Shown: in pieces, positions 12,289 to 22,652 of the stretch | Layout of the letters: the number at the start of each line of letters is the position of its first letter | Position numbering within the stretch: position 1 is the stretch's first letter | Assembly: GCA_963785305.1 (NCBI GenBank) | Contig: CAWAUV010000007.1 | Span: forward strand, 1,568,001-1,632,000 | Direction: 5' to 3' | DNA length: 64,000 bases | Source: an uncultured Planctomycetaceae bacterium | GTDB lineage: Bacteria; Planctomycetota; Planctomycetia; Pirellulales; PALSA-1355 | Made by a program: the position numbers and the translations under genes | The notes under the pieces: model-generated | What the model was told of the DNA's origin: nothing | What the model saw: the letters and a program-made list of their open reading frames with translations, nothing else | Database searches by the model: none

Positions 12289-14688
12289 ATGGCTCTGGAG
12301 CGAGCCCCGATGCGAGCGAGTGTGGTCATTGCGGCGCACGAGGAGGGCGAGAAGCTTTCCAAGACGATCGCTTCGTGTGCCTTGGCATGCGGGGCGCTCG
12401 ATCACGAGATCGTCGTTTCCGACGATGCCTCGACCGATGGTTCGATCGACGAAGCGCTGAAATGCTATCCGCGGCTGCGTGTCGTGCGAAGCGACGAGCG
12501 GCGGGGCGCCTCGCCGGCCAAGGCGGCGGGCGCGGCGACGGCGCTCGGCGAAACACTCGTTTTTCTCGACGGCCACTCGAAGCCCGAGCCGGGCGCGATC
12601 CAGCGGATGGTCGAGAGCGTCGAACTGCTCGCCGGCCGCGCGATCGTCACCCCGCGCGTGGCGGCGCTCTGCACGAAAACTTGGCGGGCCAAGCTCGACC
12701 AAACGGGCGGCGGCTACTATTTGAGACTCGACACGCTCGATTGCGGCTGGCTGCCCGATGGCCAGATGGCGTCGAAGCGGGAAAAGGGTCGGACGTTCTT
12801 CGAGTCGCCGGCGCTGATCGGCTGTGCCTTGGCGATCGGTCGCGAGTTGTACGATCGACTGGGCGGGTTCGATCCGCACATGCGGCTGTGGGGCGTCGAG
12901 GATTTGGACCTGGGACTCCGCTGCTGGCTGCTGGGGTTTCGGATTCTGCACGATCCGGCGGCGGTCGTGGCGCATCGCTTCCAATCGAAGTTCGAGAGCT
13001 ACACGGCCCCGGGCGAAAACCTGCTCGCCAACCAACTGCGTCTGGCCCGCAAGAATTTCACGCATTCGGTGTGGGCCGACTGGGTCGAGCAGTGCCGGGC
13101 CCGCTCGGCCGGCTCGCTCGAGGACCATCCCGAGGGCCTTTGGGCACGGGCCTGGACGCTCTTTGAAGCCGACCGCCCGAGCGTCGAAGCCGACCGGGCG
13201 ATGGTGCAAATGAACCGAGTTCGCGACGAATTTTGGTACGCGAACCGGTTCGGCTTGGCTTGGCCGGCCCTGGCGACGCATGTCTCGCCCAGCGGCCGAC
13301 CGCAACGGCCGCGGCCGGGATCGACGGTCGTGCTCGCCGCCGCGCCCTCGCCCAGCCCGAGCCCGCCGCCGTGCGAGCTTACCGGGATATCGCCGTCGGA
13401 GATGGTGCTCGTCTGCACGGACACGCCGGTCACGTTCACCGCACATGGTTCCAATCTTGAAAATGTCTCGTGGACGGCCGCTCGCGGAACTCCGTCGACG
13501 GGCCAGGGGCCGCGGTTTACCGTGAAGTTCGGAATAGACAGCCATTACACGGTCGCCGCTTCGTGCGGGGGACACAGCTTCAGCGCGCCGGTCACCGTGC
13601 AGGCTATCAGCAAGATTATCGTCGACGGTTCGAGTCCGGTTATTTCCGACAGCGCGATAATCTGCGCCAGAAGTACGATTAAATTGCGAGCAGTCTCATC
13701 TCCCGACAACGATTTTCCGTCCGGAATGCCGACGTGGACTATCGCGCAGCAGCCTGATGGCTCGGACCTTCCGAAGCTCCCGCCAGGGCCTACCGCGACC
13801 CTGACGCCGATTATTGCGGGAGTTTATTCGATCAAAGCATCTTGCGGCGGACGCTCGGCGACGTTTACGCTGACGGCGGTCACCGTTACTTTTGAGTCTT
13901 TGCTCGTCGTTACAGGTTTTACGATTGCTCCTGAGCCGCTTCAGATCAAAGCATCGTCGAAGGCCACAGTCGTTCCAAGCTCCGCGGTGAACTCCATTAC
14001 CATTAAGCCGGGCGGTGATCATCCGGAGCGCATCGCAATTGCTAATATTATAACTCATGGCGACGGCACAATTACCTTCGACGTGCTGGGAAGGCAAGCC
14101 ACTCCGAATCCATCGGAGAGCAACGATTGCCTGATACTGGCAACTCGCGGCGACGCTATCTGCGCGAAAATCTTCGCGACGGTCGTGGTCCCCACCGCCG
14201 TCGTGCCCGTCTCGGCGGACGGCGCCGTGGCTGGAGTCAATCAGGCGGCGAACGCCACGACGAGCCCGACCTTCTCGGACCCGCTTCCCGCGAATTTCGT
14301 CCATTTATGGACATATTATGCCCAATGGTTGACTATTCGAGTCATTGATCAATTCGGCGCTCCACTCAACGCGGTATACGCGGGGGTTCAGGTCGCCGAG
14401 CGACTCCCGACCCAGATTGAGCCCGTTAATATTAATCAGACAATTGCCACGAACGGGTCATATCAAGATCCCGTGGGAACCATAAGCGACAAAGACCCGG
14501 CGCCGGTCAATGTTGCAAAGAACAGCACCATCGCACGACGCTGGCCGTCCGCGGCCCCCATGCCGATGCAAGCTTTTGATGCGTTCCAGACCATCTTCGT
14601 GTATGTTGGAGGCCATCCGCTTTCGGTCGGAATAGTACGCCGTCACGTGATTGCGACGCCTCCGGACAATGTTCAAGTCTTATGGTAA
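12289..14688 (+). CDS. GT2/ppGalNAc-T-like glycosyltransferase with PSPSPSPPP linker and variable C-terminal beta-rich domain (tip A)
   Basis: SVVIAAHEE, VVSDDASTDGS, FLDGH, GGFDPHMRLWGVEDLDLGLRCWLLG and VAHRF; linker near 13340-13370; then a lower-GC ~440-aa tail ending IATPPDNVQVLW. Confidence 0.85.
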   Translation: MALERAPMRASVVIAAHEEGEKLSKTIASCALACGALDHEIVVSDDASTDGSIDEALKCYPRLRVVRSDERRGASPAKAAGAATALGETLVFLDGHSKPEPGAIQRMVESVELLAGRAIVTPRVAALCTKTWRAKLDQTGGGYYLRLDTLDCGWLPDGQMASKREKGRTFFESPALIGCALAIGRELYDRLGGFDPHMRLWGVEDLDLGLRCWLLGFRILHDPAAVVAHRFQSKFESYTAPGENLLANQLRLARKNFTHSVWADWVEQCRARSAGSLEDHPEGLWARAWTLFEADRPSVEADRAMVQMNRVRDEFWYANRFGLAWPALATHVSPSGRPQRPRPGSTVVLAAAPSPSPSPPPCELTGISPSEMVLVCTDTPVTFTAHGSNLENVSWTAARGTPSTGQGPRFTVKFGIDSHYTVAASCGGHSFSAPVTVQAISKIIVDGSSPVISDSAIICARSTIKLRAVSSPDNDFPSGMPTWTIAQQPDGSDLPKLPPGPTATLTPIIAGVYSIKASCGGRSATFTLTAVTVTFESLLVVTGFTIAPEPLQIKASSKATVVPSSAVNSITIKPGGDHPERIAIANIITHGDGTITFDVLGRQATPNPSESNDCLILATRGDAICAKIFATVVVPTAVVPVSADGAVAGVNQAANATTSPTFSDPLPANFVHLWTYYAQWLTIRVIDQFGAPLNAVYAGVQVAERLPTQIEPVNINQTIATNGSYQDPVGTISDKDPAPVNVAKNSTIARRWPSAAPMPMQAFDAFQTIFVYVGGHPLSVGIVRRHVIATPPDNVQVLW
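12942..13370 (+). repeat. ~430-bp direct repeat, copy 1 (GT trunk 3' end plus linker)
   Basis: Near-identical to 17304-17731; the similarity ends at the poly-Pro linker. Confidence 0.95.
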
Positions 14689-14709
14689 CATTCGATAACG
14701 AGGTGATTT

Positions 14710-15402
14710 ATGCGAGTACGTCTACGCGTCGTGTTGTTTCTGTTGTTGATGCTGTGCGCGACGAATAAATTGCTCGGAGAGGACGAACAAATGAAATGGA
14801 AACCGACGATGAGGAAGGTTTTCTGGGGAATGTACGTGACTGATGTGGCGTACTTCTTCGGTTGCCATACCACAGTTGAGGAAGCCGAAATTTCGCGAGG
14901 AGTTCCGCGCTTCGGCACAACCTTCGGCACGGATGGATTTTTTTTTGACGACAAAGAATTAAGCTCGGTCGAAGAATTCATCGTGAAAGTTTCAAAGGAT
15001 GTGCCTGGATTAATTATTTACAAGGACAGGAATAATCCTAAAATACTACACGTCACGGATGAAAAATTACTCCATCTTAAAGACTACGCGCTCGATCGAC
15101 GAGTGTCGTTAAAATACGAAGGTCCCGCTTCGGAGTTGAGCGTCGCGCTTCGCGAGCAGATAAACAATCTTTCGCCCGTGCGATCCGGCGCTATTGGGGA
15201 TAACTTCGACGACATAATGACAGAAATCAAGGTTGATGCGACGGACAAGATCGTGAGAGACATTTTCACGAACAGCGTGCCGCTCGACGGCTACAACATC
15301 ACGATTTGGCGAGCCACAACGAAGTTGTACGATGTCGAACGCCCGGAGACGCGAATTCAATTCTTCGGGAAACGCCGCAAGACCGAATGGAGCCGGCGGT
15401 AA
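14710..15402 (+). CDS. Secreted partner (immunity-like) protein A1
   Basis: Signal-like N-terminus, lower GC, 21 bp after the GT stop; paralog of 16092-16775. Confidence 0.75.
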   Translation: MRVRLRVVLFLLLMLCATNKLLGEDEQMKWKPTMRKVFWGMYVTDVAYFFGCHTTVEEAEISRGVPRFGTTFGTDGFFFDDKELSSVEEFIVKVSKDVPGLIIYKDRNNPKILHVTDEKLLHLKDYALDRRVSLKYEGPASELSVALREQINNLSPVRSGAIGDNFDDIMTEIKVDATDKIVRDIFTNSVPLDGYNITIWRATTKLYDVERPETRIQFFGKRRKTEWSRR

Positions 15403-15780
15403 GCGTGCTTCGAGAACCAAAGGATTAACGGTCGTAATAGTACGCCTGCCAAGCCTCCATATAATACCGGTAACCAGCTTTACCGAGTCGACGATTCCCC
15501 TTTTACGGGCCTCGCCGGATTCTCGCAGTCCTTTTACAACATCAATTTCAAGATGTATATCATGTTCATGCCTGGACAAGATACACCGGGCGCCGGTCCG
15601 AGTTGCTGGGTGCCATTAAGGAGTTGTTTGTGGCATACCGCATGGTGCGCGGAATTTAATGGTGAATGGGTACTGTACGATTCGTCGGCGTCGACAGATA
15701 CAAGGATCGTCGATCGTATCCATCCGACATGGACAGGGCAATGGGGCGACCAACAGGAAACCGATACGTGCCGGAGCCTT
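15403..15780 (+). pseudogene. Orphan fragment of a tip-B-family C-terminal domain
   Basis: STPAKPPY..DDSPFTGLAG..FKMYIMFMPGQDTPGAGPSCWVPL..IDRIHPTW-type text aligns with SSPGTPPY..GDTPAFGVAG..YKMYIMFKPAPDPPGAEASAWVSL..IDRTPPTW at ~18370-18670. Confidence 0.75.
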
Positions 15781-16014
15781 GCCCGTCATGAATCCATTCA
15801 TAACGCGTTTTCTCTAAGTCGCCTAATCAGACAACTTGAGCCTATCCGACAACCCGGCGCCCGCATTGAAATCGCCGACAAGAATCGAAACCGCCTGCAA
15901 AATCGCATGCTTTCATACGTTCTCGGATAGGCTCTTCGGCGAGCATTGTGCTCGTCTGCAGGACCTCGCGTTTTCATCAATTTTCACACAAGCCGTAAAT
16001 ACACGACCGGCGTG

Positions 16015-16068
16015 GTGAATCGGAAGGTAATTGCGACACCGCCCAACAACATCCAAGTCATCTGGTAA
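16015..16068 (+). pseudogene. Orphan extreme C-terminus of a tip-A allele
   Basis: VNRKVIATPPNNIQVIW* matches VRRHVIATPPDNVQVLW* of 12289-14688. Confidence 0.75.
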
Positions 16069-16091
16069 GTCATCATATTCTGAGGTCGGCG

Positions 16092-16775
16092 ATGCGTTTC
16101 ATTATTCGGGTCTCGGTAATCGTGTGGTTGTTTTTGGCATCGCAGTTTTCTTCTGGAGATACTCCGAAAATGAAATGGACCCCAAAACATCAGGATATTT
16201 ACTGGCAAAGCTACGCTATCGACGTTGCGAGTGCCCTTGGCTGTTATGCCACTTTTGAAACACTTAATGATTTGCCGCGCAACGGTTCGCGATTCGAAAA
16301 CGTCGAGATTAAAGACGACGAAGAAATCAAGACTGCGAAAGAGCTTACGTCCAAGCTTGAGCATGCATGTCCGGGCTTATCAGTCGCAGCAAACAAAAGA
16401 AACGCTAAGATATTGCACATTATCGACACAAAGCTTTCGACGATTAAAGACTACTCGCTCGAACAGCGCATAGATGTCAAATACGAAGGAATTGCATCGG
16501 AGTTGGCCTTCACGATCCGAACCCGTCTCCCTGGTTTTGGACCTATGGACTTCGGCGTCCTCGGAACAGAGTTTGACGATAATGTGACACTCGTGCATAT
16601 TGATGCGACGAGAGAGACAGTGAGAGATATCTTAACAAACTGTATTCCACTGCAAAAATACGGCGCTGCGTTGTGGCGCGCCCAGACATTTCTCGATGGC
16701 GAGAATCCTCTAAGAACCAAGGTCCAGTTCTACGGGCCGGTGAATCCGAGTTCGGCGGAGCCAATGCCAAAGTAG
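16092..16775 (+). CDS. Secreted partner (immunity-like) protein A2
   Basis: MKWTP..YWQSYAIDVASALGC, KILHIIDTKL..KDYSLE, KYEGIASEL, VRDILTNCIPL and TKVQFYG mirror 14710-15402. Confidence 0.8.
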   Translation: MRFIIRVSVIVWLFLASQFSSGDTPKMKWTPKHQDIYWQSYAIDVASALGCYATFETLNDLPRNGSRFENVEIKDDEEIKTAKELTSKLEHACPGLSVAANKRNAKILHIIDTKLSTIKDYSLEQRIDVKYEGIASELAFTIRTRLPGFGPMDFGVLGTEFDDNVTLVHIDATRETVRDILTNCIPLQKYGAALWRAQTFLDGENPLRTKVQFYGPVNPSSAEPMPK

Positions 16776-16889
16776 GTGCGATGTCGCGAACGAACACTAT
16801 AGGAAGTGTCTTGCGCTCGTATCGGCGCACTGCGCAGGCAAACTCGTGGAGGGCTTCGCATCCGATTACCGGTTTTTCAAGAGCTGCCT

Positions 16890-17128
16890 AGCAGCCTGTT
16901 TAGATATTCGCTTCTCCCGCGCGGCCATTAAACTCGCGGCGGCGGAGCTTTGATGGAACGACCGGGGTTCAGCAGTGGACACGCATGGCGATGGGCAAAC
17001 GTAAGCAGCGGCAGGAGTCGTTGTTTCATCGCGGATGACAACTTGCCGCGTTCCGACGGCCATCCATTTTATCAAAAACTCAACGCCCTGCTGGCCGAGG
17101 CCGACTTCGATCGCTGGATCGAGGATCA
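16890..17128 (+). mobile_element. Truncated IS fragment (transposase N-terminus, IS1182/IS5-like)
   Basis: MAMGKRKQRQESL..LPRSDGHPFYQKLNALLAEADFDRWIED resembles a transposase N-terminus; ends abruptly. Confidence 0.6.
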
Positions 17129-17303
17129 CGACAGGAGCCGACGATGAGCAGTTCCCGGTCCGCGAAAAACGGTGCGGTCTGCTGCCTTTCGTAAAAACCG
17201 TGCAAACGGCGAAAGAGGGTCAGTTGACAATCACGATCAGCAACAGTCGCGACACACCGCTCGGCGTTTACGAAAGCGGGTACGCCCCCAGTTGCCGCGT
17301 TTC

Positions 17304-18728
17304 GATTCTGCACGATCCGGCGGCGGTCGTGGCGCATCGCTTCCAATCGAAGTTCGAGAGCTACACGGCCCCGGGCGAAAACCTGCTCGCCAACCAACTG
17401 CGTCTGGCCCGCAAGAATTTCACGCATTCGGTGTGGGCCGACTGGGTCGAGCAGTGCCGGGCCCGCTCGGCCGGCTCGCTCGAGGACCATCCCGAGGGCC
17501 TTTGGGCACGGGCCTGGACGCTCTTTGAAGCCGACCGCCCGAGCGTCGAAGCCGACCGGGCGATGGTGCAAATGAACCGAGTTCGCGACGAATTTTGGTA
17601 CGCGAACCGGTTCGGCTTGGCTTGGCCGGCCCTGGCGACGCATGTCTCGCCCAGCGGCCGACCGCAAAGGCCGCGGCCGGGCTCGACGGTCGTGCTCGCC
17701 ACACGCCCTCGCCCAGCCCAAGCCCGCCGCCACCACCCGATTGTAACGATTGCTCGATCCGCTGGGCTACAGGGTCGGACATCACGAATATCACTAGGAA
17801 CGTGCTTCCGGGCGCGCAGATTAACCTTAAGCTTTTTTGCGAGGCGGGCACGCCAACGAATATCCAATGGTCGTTGCCCGGAAGCGTATTCAAGAGCTAC
17901 GACGTCACCGAGAATAAGGCAACGCTGACAAATCTATCCGCCGGAGATCTGACGAAAGATACCGTTCAGTTTTATTGGGGCGACGTTGGGGACGGCCGAG
18001 CAGTGACCGTCGATTTCAAACTTGGCGCCAAGCAGTGCACAAGATCGGCGACGCTCAACGTCAAGGATCCGGTCGTTCGCTTTCCAGCGGGATCCAATCC
18101 GCCGCGAGTCGGTGTCTGGGACTTCAACCCGTCAAAGCCGGCGAAACCACTCGAGATATGGCTTACTGATGCCAACGGCGCGAACACGCCCGGCGCCATT
18201 TTTGCGGCGTCGGTCGGGCTGCCTGCGGGTTTTGATTTTAATGCCGCGGAATGGCAATTTGGTCAGTTGATTGGCGGCTCGCGTCTAGCTGAGTTGCCGA
18301 ACAATGTGTGCAAAGAAATGAACACAGGCGGCATGCTCACAAACAACGCGCCCTGGCCATACACCTCCGACTCCAGCCCAGGCACGCCGCCATATCCGGC
18401 TGACGGGAAGACCGAACAATCCGTTGGCGATACGCCGGCGTTTGGTGTCGCCGGCAGGACACAATCCATAGTCGGCGATTTCTATAAAATGTACATCATG
18501 TTTAAGCCCGCTCCCGACCCGCCGGGCGCCGAGGCCAGTGCGTGGGTTTCGCTGATGAGCGCTTCGTGGAGTTCCTCCGCGTGTGCCCAACTTGGCGCGG
18601 CGGGTTGGGCGATCAGAAACCCCTTGGCGAACGCAAATCCGTGGGCGATTGACAGGACGCCGCCGACATGGTCGCAAAAATGGCAGTCAACTCCCGTCAA
18701 GGTGGTAAATTGTCCCGGAAATTGCTAA
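17304..18728 (+). pseudogene. Silent cassette: duplicated GT trunk end plus alternative C-terminal domain (tip B)
   Basis: 17304-17731 repeats 12942-13370, with a 1-nt indel near 17701. After PSPSPPPPPD comes an unrelated ~330-aa domain ending KVVNCPGNC. No GT N-terminus or start codon. Confidence 0.85.
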
Positions 18729-18778
18729 GGGCAAACCGCCTTCCGAGTTATTTCGAGGACTATAACGTAAGGTGGATT

Positions 18779-19333
18779 ATGTGTTCTTCGGCAAATATGC
18801 GTCAGTTTTCCGAGTTGATTCTTTTAGTCTGCGTCTCGATTTCGGCAAATGATATTCGACCGGCATTTTGCGAGACAACGGGAGAGCACAAGATGAACAC
18901 GGAAAAAGCAACAAGGGACGGAGCAACGGTTGTCATTTCCGTTCCGGACAAATGCCGGGTCGGGCAAAAGATACCGCTTTCCATCACGATACGAAACGAC
19001 GACGAACATGCGTTTTCATGCAACGAACTGGCGGGAAGGCTCCCGAACAAGTACATGACGATTGCGCTGCGACGTCGTGGCGATAACAGCGCGTGCGAGA
19101 TGACCGCGGAAGCGAGAGAGCTTTTTGAGAGTATCCCATGGGGCGGGCAGTTCGCGCGGACACGCTTGGAAAAGGGCAAGCAGAAAACGTGGACGATCGA
19201 TTTGAACTCTTTTTTCGTCATTGCGCCCGGAGAAATGAGTTTTTCCGCAACGTTCAAGCTTTACACGGACGCTCCCGGCGGACACGCCGTCGAAATCGCT
19301 ATCGATGAGCTCCCAGTCAACGTTTCAGAGTGA
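18779..19333 (+). CDS. Secreted partner (immunity-like) protein B
   Basis: Directly follows tip B; signal-like N-terminus; no visible similarity to the A1/A2 partners. Confidence 0.65.
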   Translation: MCSSANMRQFSELILLVCVSISANDIRPAFCETTGEHKMNTEKATRDGATVVISVPDKCRVGQKIPLSITIRNDDEHAFSCNELAGRLPNKYMTIALRRRGDNSACEMTAEARELFESIPWGGQFARTRLEKGKQKTWTIDLNSFFVIAPGEMSFSATFKLYTDAPGGHAVEIAIDELPVNVSE

Positions 19334-19381
19334 CCGATCATTCGGTTCGCCCCCGCGCATCGCGCGAATCCAAATGTTCGA

Positions 19382-20920
19382 GTAACTGTTAAGCCGTGGC
19401 GTGGCCTGGGCGCGGGGGGGGCGGTGGCGATATTGGCGGGGATCGCGGGCGAGGGGTTTCCGGGGATGGGTCGCGTGGCGGATGTTTTAACTGCTATTGG
19501 TGATCGGCAGCGGCAGGGTCTTGCCTTGCAATTTAGCGCGCACGACTTCGATTCCATACCTTGCGAAGCTCAAACCGTTTTTCGCGCCGGTCGCGATCAC
19601 GCTCTTGATTCGGGCGAACGCCGCCGCGCTCCATTCGGTCCGATGCGTGCCGCCATCATTCCTCGCCGCCGCCAGGCTTCGGATGTCGCGTTCGGTTCCG
19701 TTGTTGTCGGCCGGAACATTCGCATCGTCGAGGAAGGTGAACAATTCGTCGCAGTGCTTGAACAGCCGGCGCCAGATTCGCAAACATTCGCGATGCCGCA
19801 CGCGCAGTCTCGAGCATCAACGTGTCGAAACGGTTTTGAATCTCGTGTCGGGCCGCGTTGAAAGCTTTTTTGCCGAGCGACTTGCGCTCGTGGCCCAACC
19901 GGATCGCGTCTTGAAACAGCGTGATCAACGGCTGGATGAAGGCCCGCGCACTCGCCGCCGGCAACGTCTCGCGCAGCTTGTGCAACTCGCGAAGCAAATG
20001 GACCAAGCAGCGCTGTTTGCGGCAGTCGAGCCGGTTGTAGACCGCATAAAAATCGCTGACCAGCGTGCCCGCGAACGATGTGCCCAACGCTCGCTCGAGC
20101 ACGGCCCGATTGCGATGACGATCGATCAGGAACAATGCCAAGCGCGGGTCGCGAAAACACCAGGCCCACGCGGGCAGTCCGTCGATCCGCCAACCGGTCT
20201 CATCGCCTTGCACGACCGGCGAATTGCGCAAGAGTTCCCAGAGTTTGTCGACCACCGGCTCGAACAAAGCGCCGCCCCAACGCAAATGGCCGAGCAATCC
20301 GGCCCGGCTGGCCGAAAGACCAAAGAAGTCTTTCAGCAAGTGTTGCGTTTTGCCGAGCGAGATGCCCAGGTGAACCCGCGCGTAGCAGACCAACAAGCGC
20401 AGCGCGTGGCCCGATGTGGGCGCCGGGCAGTTCCAAGTCGCCGCGTCCTTGGCAGGTGGCTTGGCAATGTTCGCAACGGTAGGTATGACGGCGATACCGA
20501 TGCCATTCGAGCTTGGGCTCTGGAATCTCCGCCATCTCATGGTCTTCGAACTCGCCGTGGCGGTCAGATCGTGGCCGCCGCAATGCGGACACTCTCGCGG
20601 ATGCACATCGTGTTCGATGAATACCGTGCCGGGCGGCGGCTCTGGACGAAAGCTGCCCGGATGTTTGCGAAACTGCTTGCGGCGGCGATCCTGTTCGCCA
20701 CGCCGCGCATCGCTGGCCGAGCGGGTTTTCTTGCGCCGCTGCAAAAACTTTTGGACTTGCTGTTCGAGTTGCTCGACGCGCTTGCGCAGCGTGATATTCT
20801 CCGCCAGCAACCGGGCGATTTCCGCTTCCAACTCGGCGATCCGTCGATCTCGATCATCCATGATCCAATCAATGTGACCGAAAACCCAATTTCGGGAAAG
20901 AGGAAATGCTTAACAGTTAC
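19382..20920 (-). mobile_element. IS66-family element, single transposase ORF (19487-20861, frameshifted)
   Basis: 13-bp TIRs GTAACTGTTAAGC / GCTTAACAGTTAC; transposase motifs CPHCGG, GDETGWR, LVSDFYAVY, QRCLVHLLRE and DNNGTERDIR. Confidence 0.9.
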
Positions 20921-21917
20921 CATAGTAGCGATACCGCTTGTTGCCGTTCTTGGTTGAGTGCGTGGGAGACATGCCGCAGCCGCACGGAACGCAGTGCAGA
21001 AGGCCCTTGAGCAGCGCACGAACTTGTTCCGCGCCGCCCGTGCGACCGTTGCGACCCAGCAGCGACTGCACCCGCTGCCAGATGTCGGCGTTCACTACGG
21101 CCGCGTGTTCGCCGTTGTGGACCTCGTCCTTGTATTTGATTTTGCCGGCATAGGCGACGTTGGTGAGCAGTTTGTACAGGCTGGTTTTGGTGAACTGTTT
21201 GCCGCCCCGATCGTGCCCCTTGCGGGTCGTCCAGCGCTTGTTGACCCAGCCCCGCCGGTCGATTTCCTTGACCGTCGTGATCATCGACTGGTGCTCCAGG
21301 TACAACTCGAAGATGGCCCGCACGCGAGCCGCTTCGTCTTCGTTGACCAGGAGTTTCGACCCCTGCGTGTCCACGTCGTATCCGAGCAGCGGCATTCCGC
21401 CCGACCATTTTCCCTTGCGGCGGGCGGCGGCGATTTTGTCCCGCGCCCGTTCGGAGATGATCTCGCGCTCGAATTGGGCGAAGGAAAGCAGGACGTTGAG
21501 CATCAGCCGACCCAACGATGTGGCGGTGTTGATGAGCTGCGTCACGCTGACGAACGATATCTGATGCCGGTCGAAGGTTTCCACGATCTTGGCGAAGTCG
21601 AGTAGCGAACGGCTGAGCCGGTCCACCTTGTACACGATGACGCTGTCGATCTTGCCGGCCTCGATATCCGCCATAAGGCGTTTGAGCGCCGGCCGGTCCA
21701 TGTTGCCGCCGGTGAAACCACCGTCGTCGTACCTGTCTGGCAGACACCGCCAGCCTTCGTGCTCTTGGCTCTTGATATACGCCTCGCCCGATTCCCGTTG
21801 GGCGTCGAGCGAATTGAATTCCTTTTCGAGGCCCTCGTCGGTCGACTTGCGAGTGTAGATCGCGCAGCGAATCTGCGGGGACGCCGCCGGTTGGTTCCGA
21901 GTCTTGGCCTTGCTCAT
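20921..21917 (-). pseudogene. Large serine recombinase, C-terminally truncated by IS66
   Basis: CAIYTRKST, NSLDAQRE, YDDGGFTGGNMDRPAL, VYKVDRLSRS, SFAQFERE; cut at RYRYY, in the zinc-ribbon region. Confidence 0.9.
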
Positions 21918-22415
21918 TTGGGGCTCCCTTGCCCGCCGAGGCGGAAGAAGTAATAGCCGTTGCAGTGGGCGCCGGTGATCTTCTTGGCCACGGCGCTGAG
22001 CGACTTGTAGACCTGGCCCTCGAACTCGAATCCCTTGGGCAGGACACGGACTTCCAGCGTTTGGTCCTTGTACCGCCGGGTGATGACCGCGCCCGGCATG
22101 GGTAGGCGATCATCGCCAGCCACGGCGAGCGTCGTCGTTGCGACGCGCTGCGCGGGCGCCGACGGCGCGGACGGTTGCCTTGGGGGCGGAGGAACGCAGG
22201 TCCGCGTCGTTAGCCAGTTCGGAGGCCCGCTGGCGGGCGCGGTCCGACAGGTCGCCTTCGGCCTGCGCCTGTATTCGCCAGATGATCCGGCACACGAGCC
22301 ACTGCTTATGGCGGGCGTTCGTTGCTTCGCCGAACACTTCGGCGTGCTTGGCCCGCAGTTCGCTCACGCTCATCCGCTGGAGCGCGGCGAGCTCCTTGCC
22401 CACGTTCAGTTCCAT
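21914..22415 (-). CDS. DUF2924-family protein (frameshift ~22130)
   Basis: LAALQRMSVSELRAKHAEVFG..WRIQAQAEG plus GFEFEGQVYKSLSAVAKKITGAHCNGYYFFRL; usual neighbour of these recombinases. Confidence 0.8.
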
Positions 22416-22448
22416 GCGTCTCTCCTTGGTTTGAGTTCTCGAAAACCG

Positions 22449-22652
22449 TTAACCCAGGTGGACACTGAGCACGGTTTTGGCGGGAACCTCAAGGCATGTC
22501 GGCCAGGATTCCGGCGAGATTTCCGGGGCGGGATCGGCGGCGGGAAGCGACGAACTGGCACGCAAGCGGAGAACGCCGGCCGCGAAAATGCCGGCCACTT
22601 CGGAGAGACGCTCGTCGGGCGTCAGGAAGGTCGGATCGTCGATCGGTCGCAT
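22449..22652 (-). CDS. Small hypothetical protein upstream of DUF2924
   Basis: MRPIDDPTFLTPDERLSEVAGIFAAGVLRL, co-oriented with the module. Confidence 0.5.
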   Translation of the reverse strand: MRPIDDPTFLTPDERLSEVAGIFAAGVLRLRASSSLPAADPAPEISPESWPTCLEVPAKTVLSVHLG

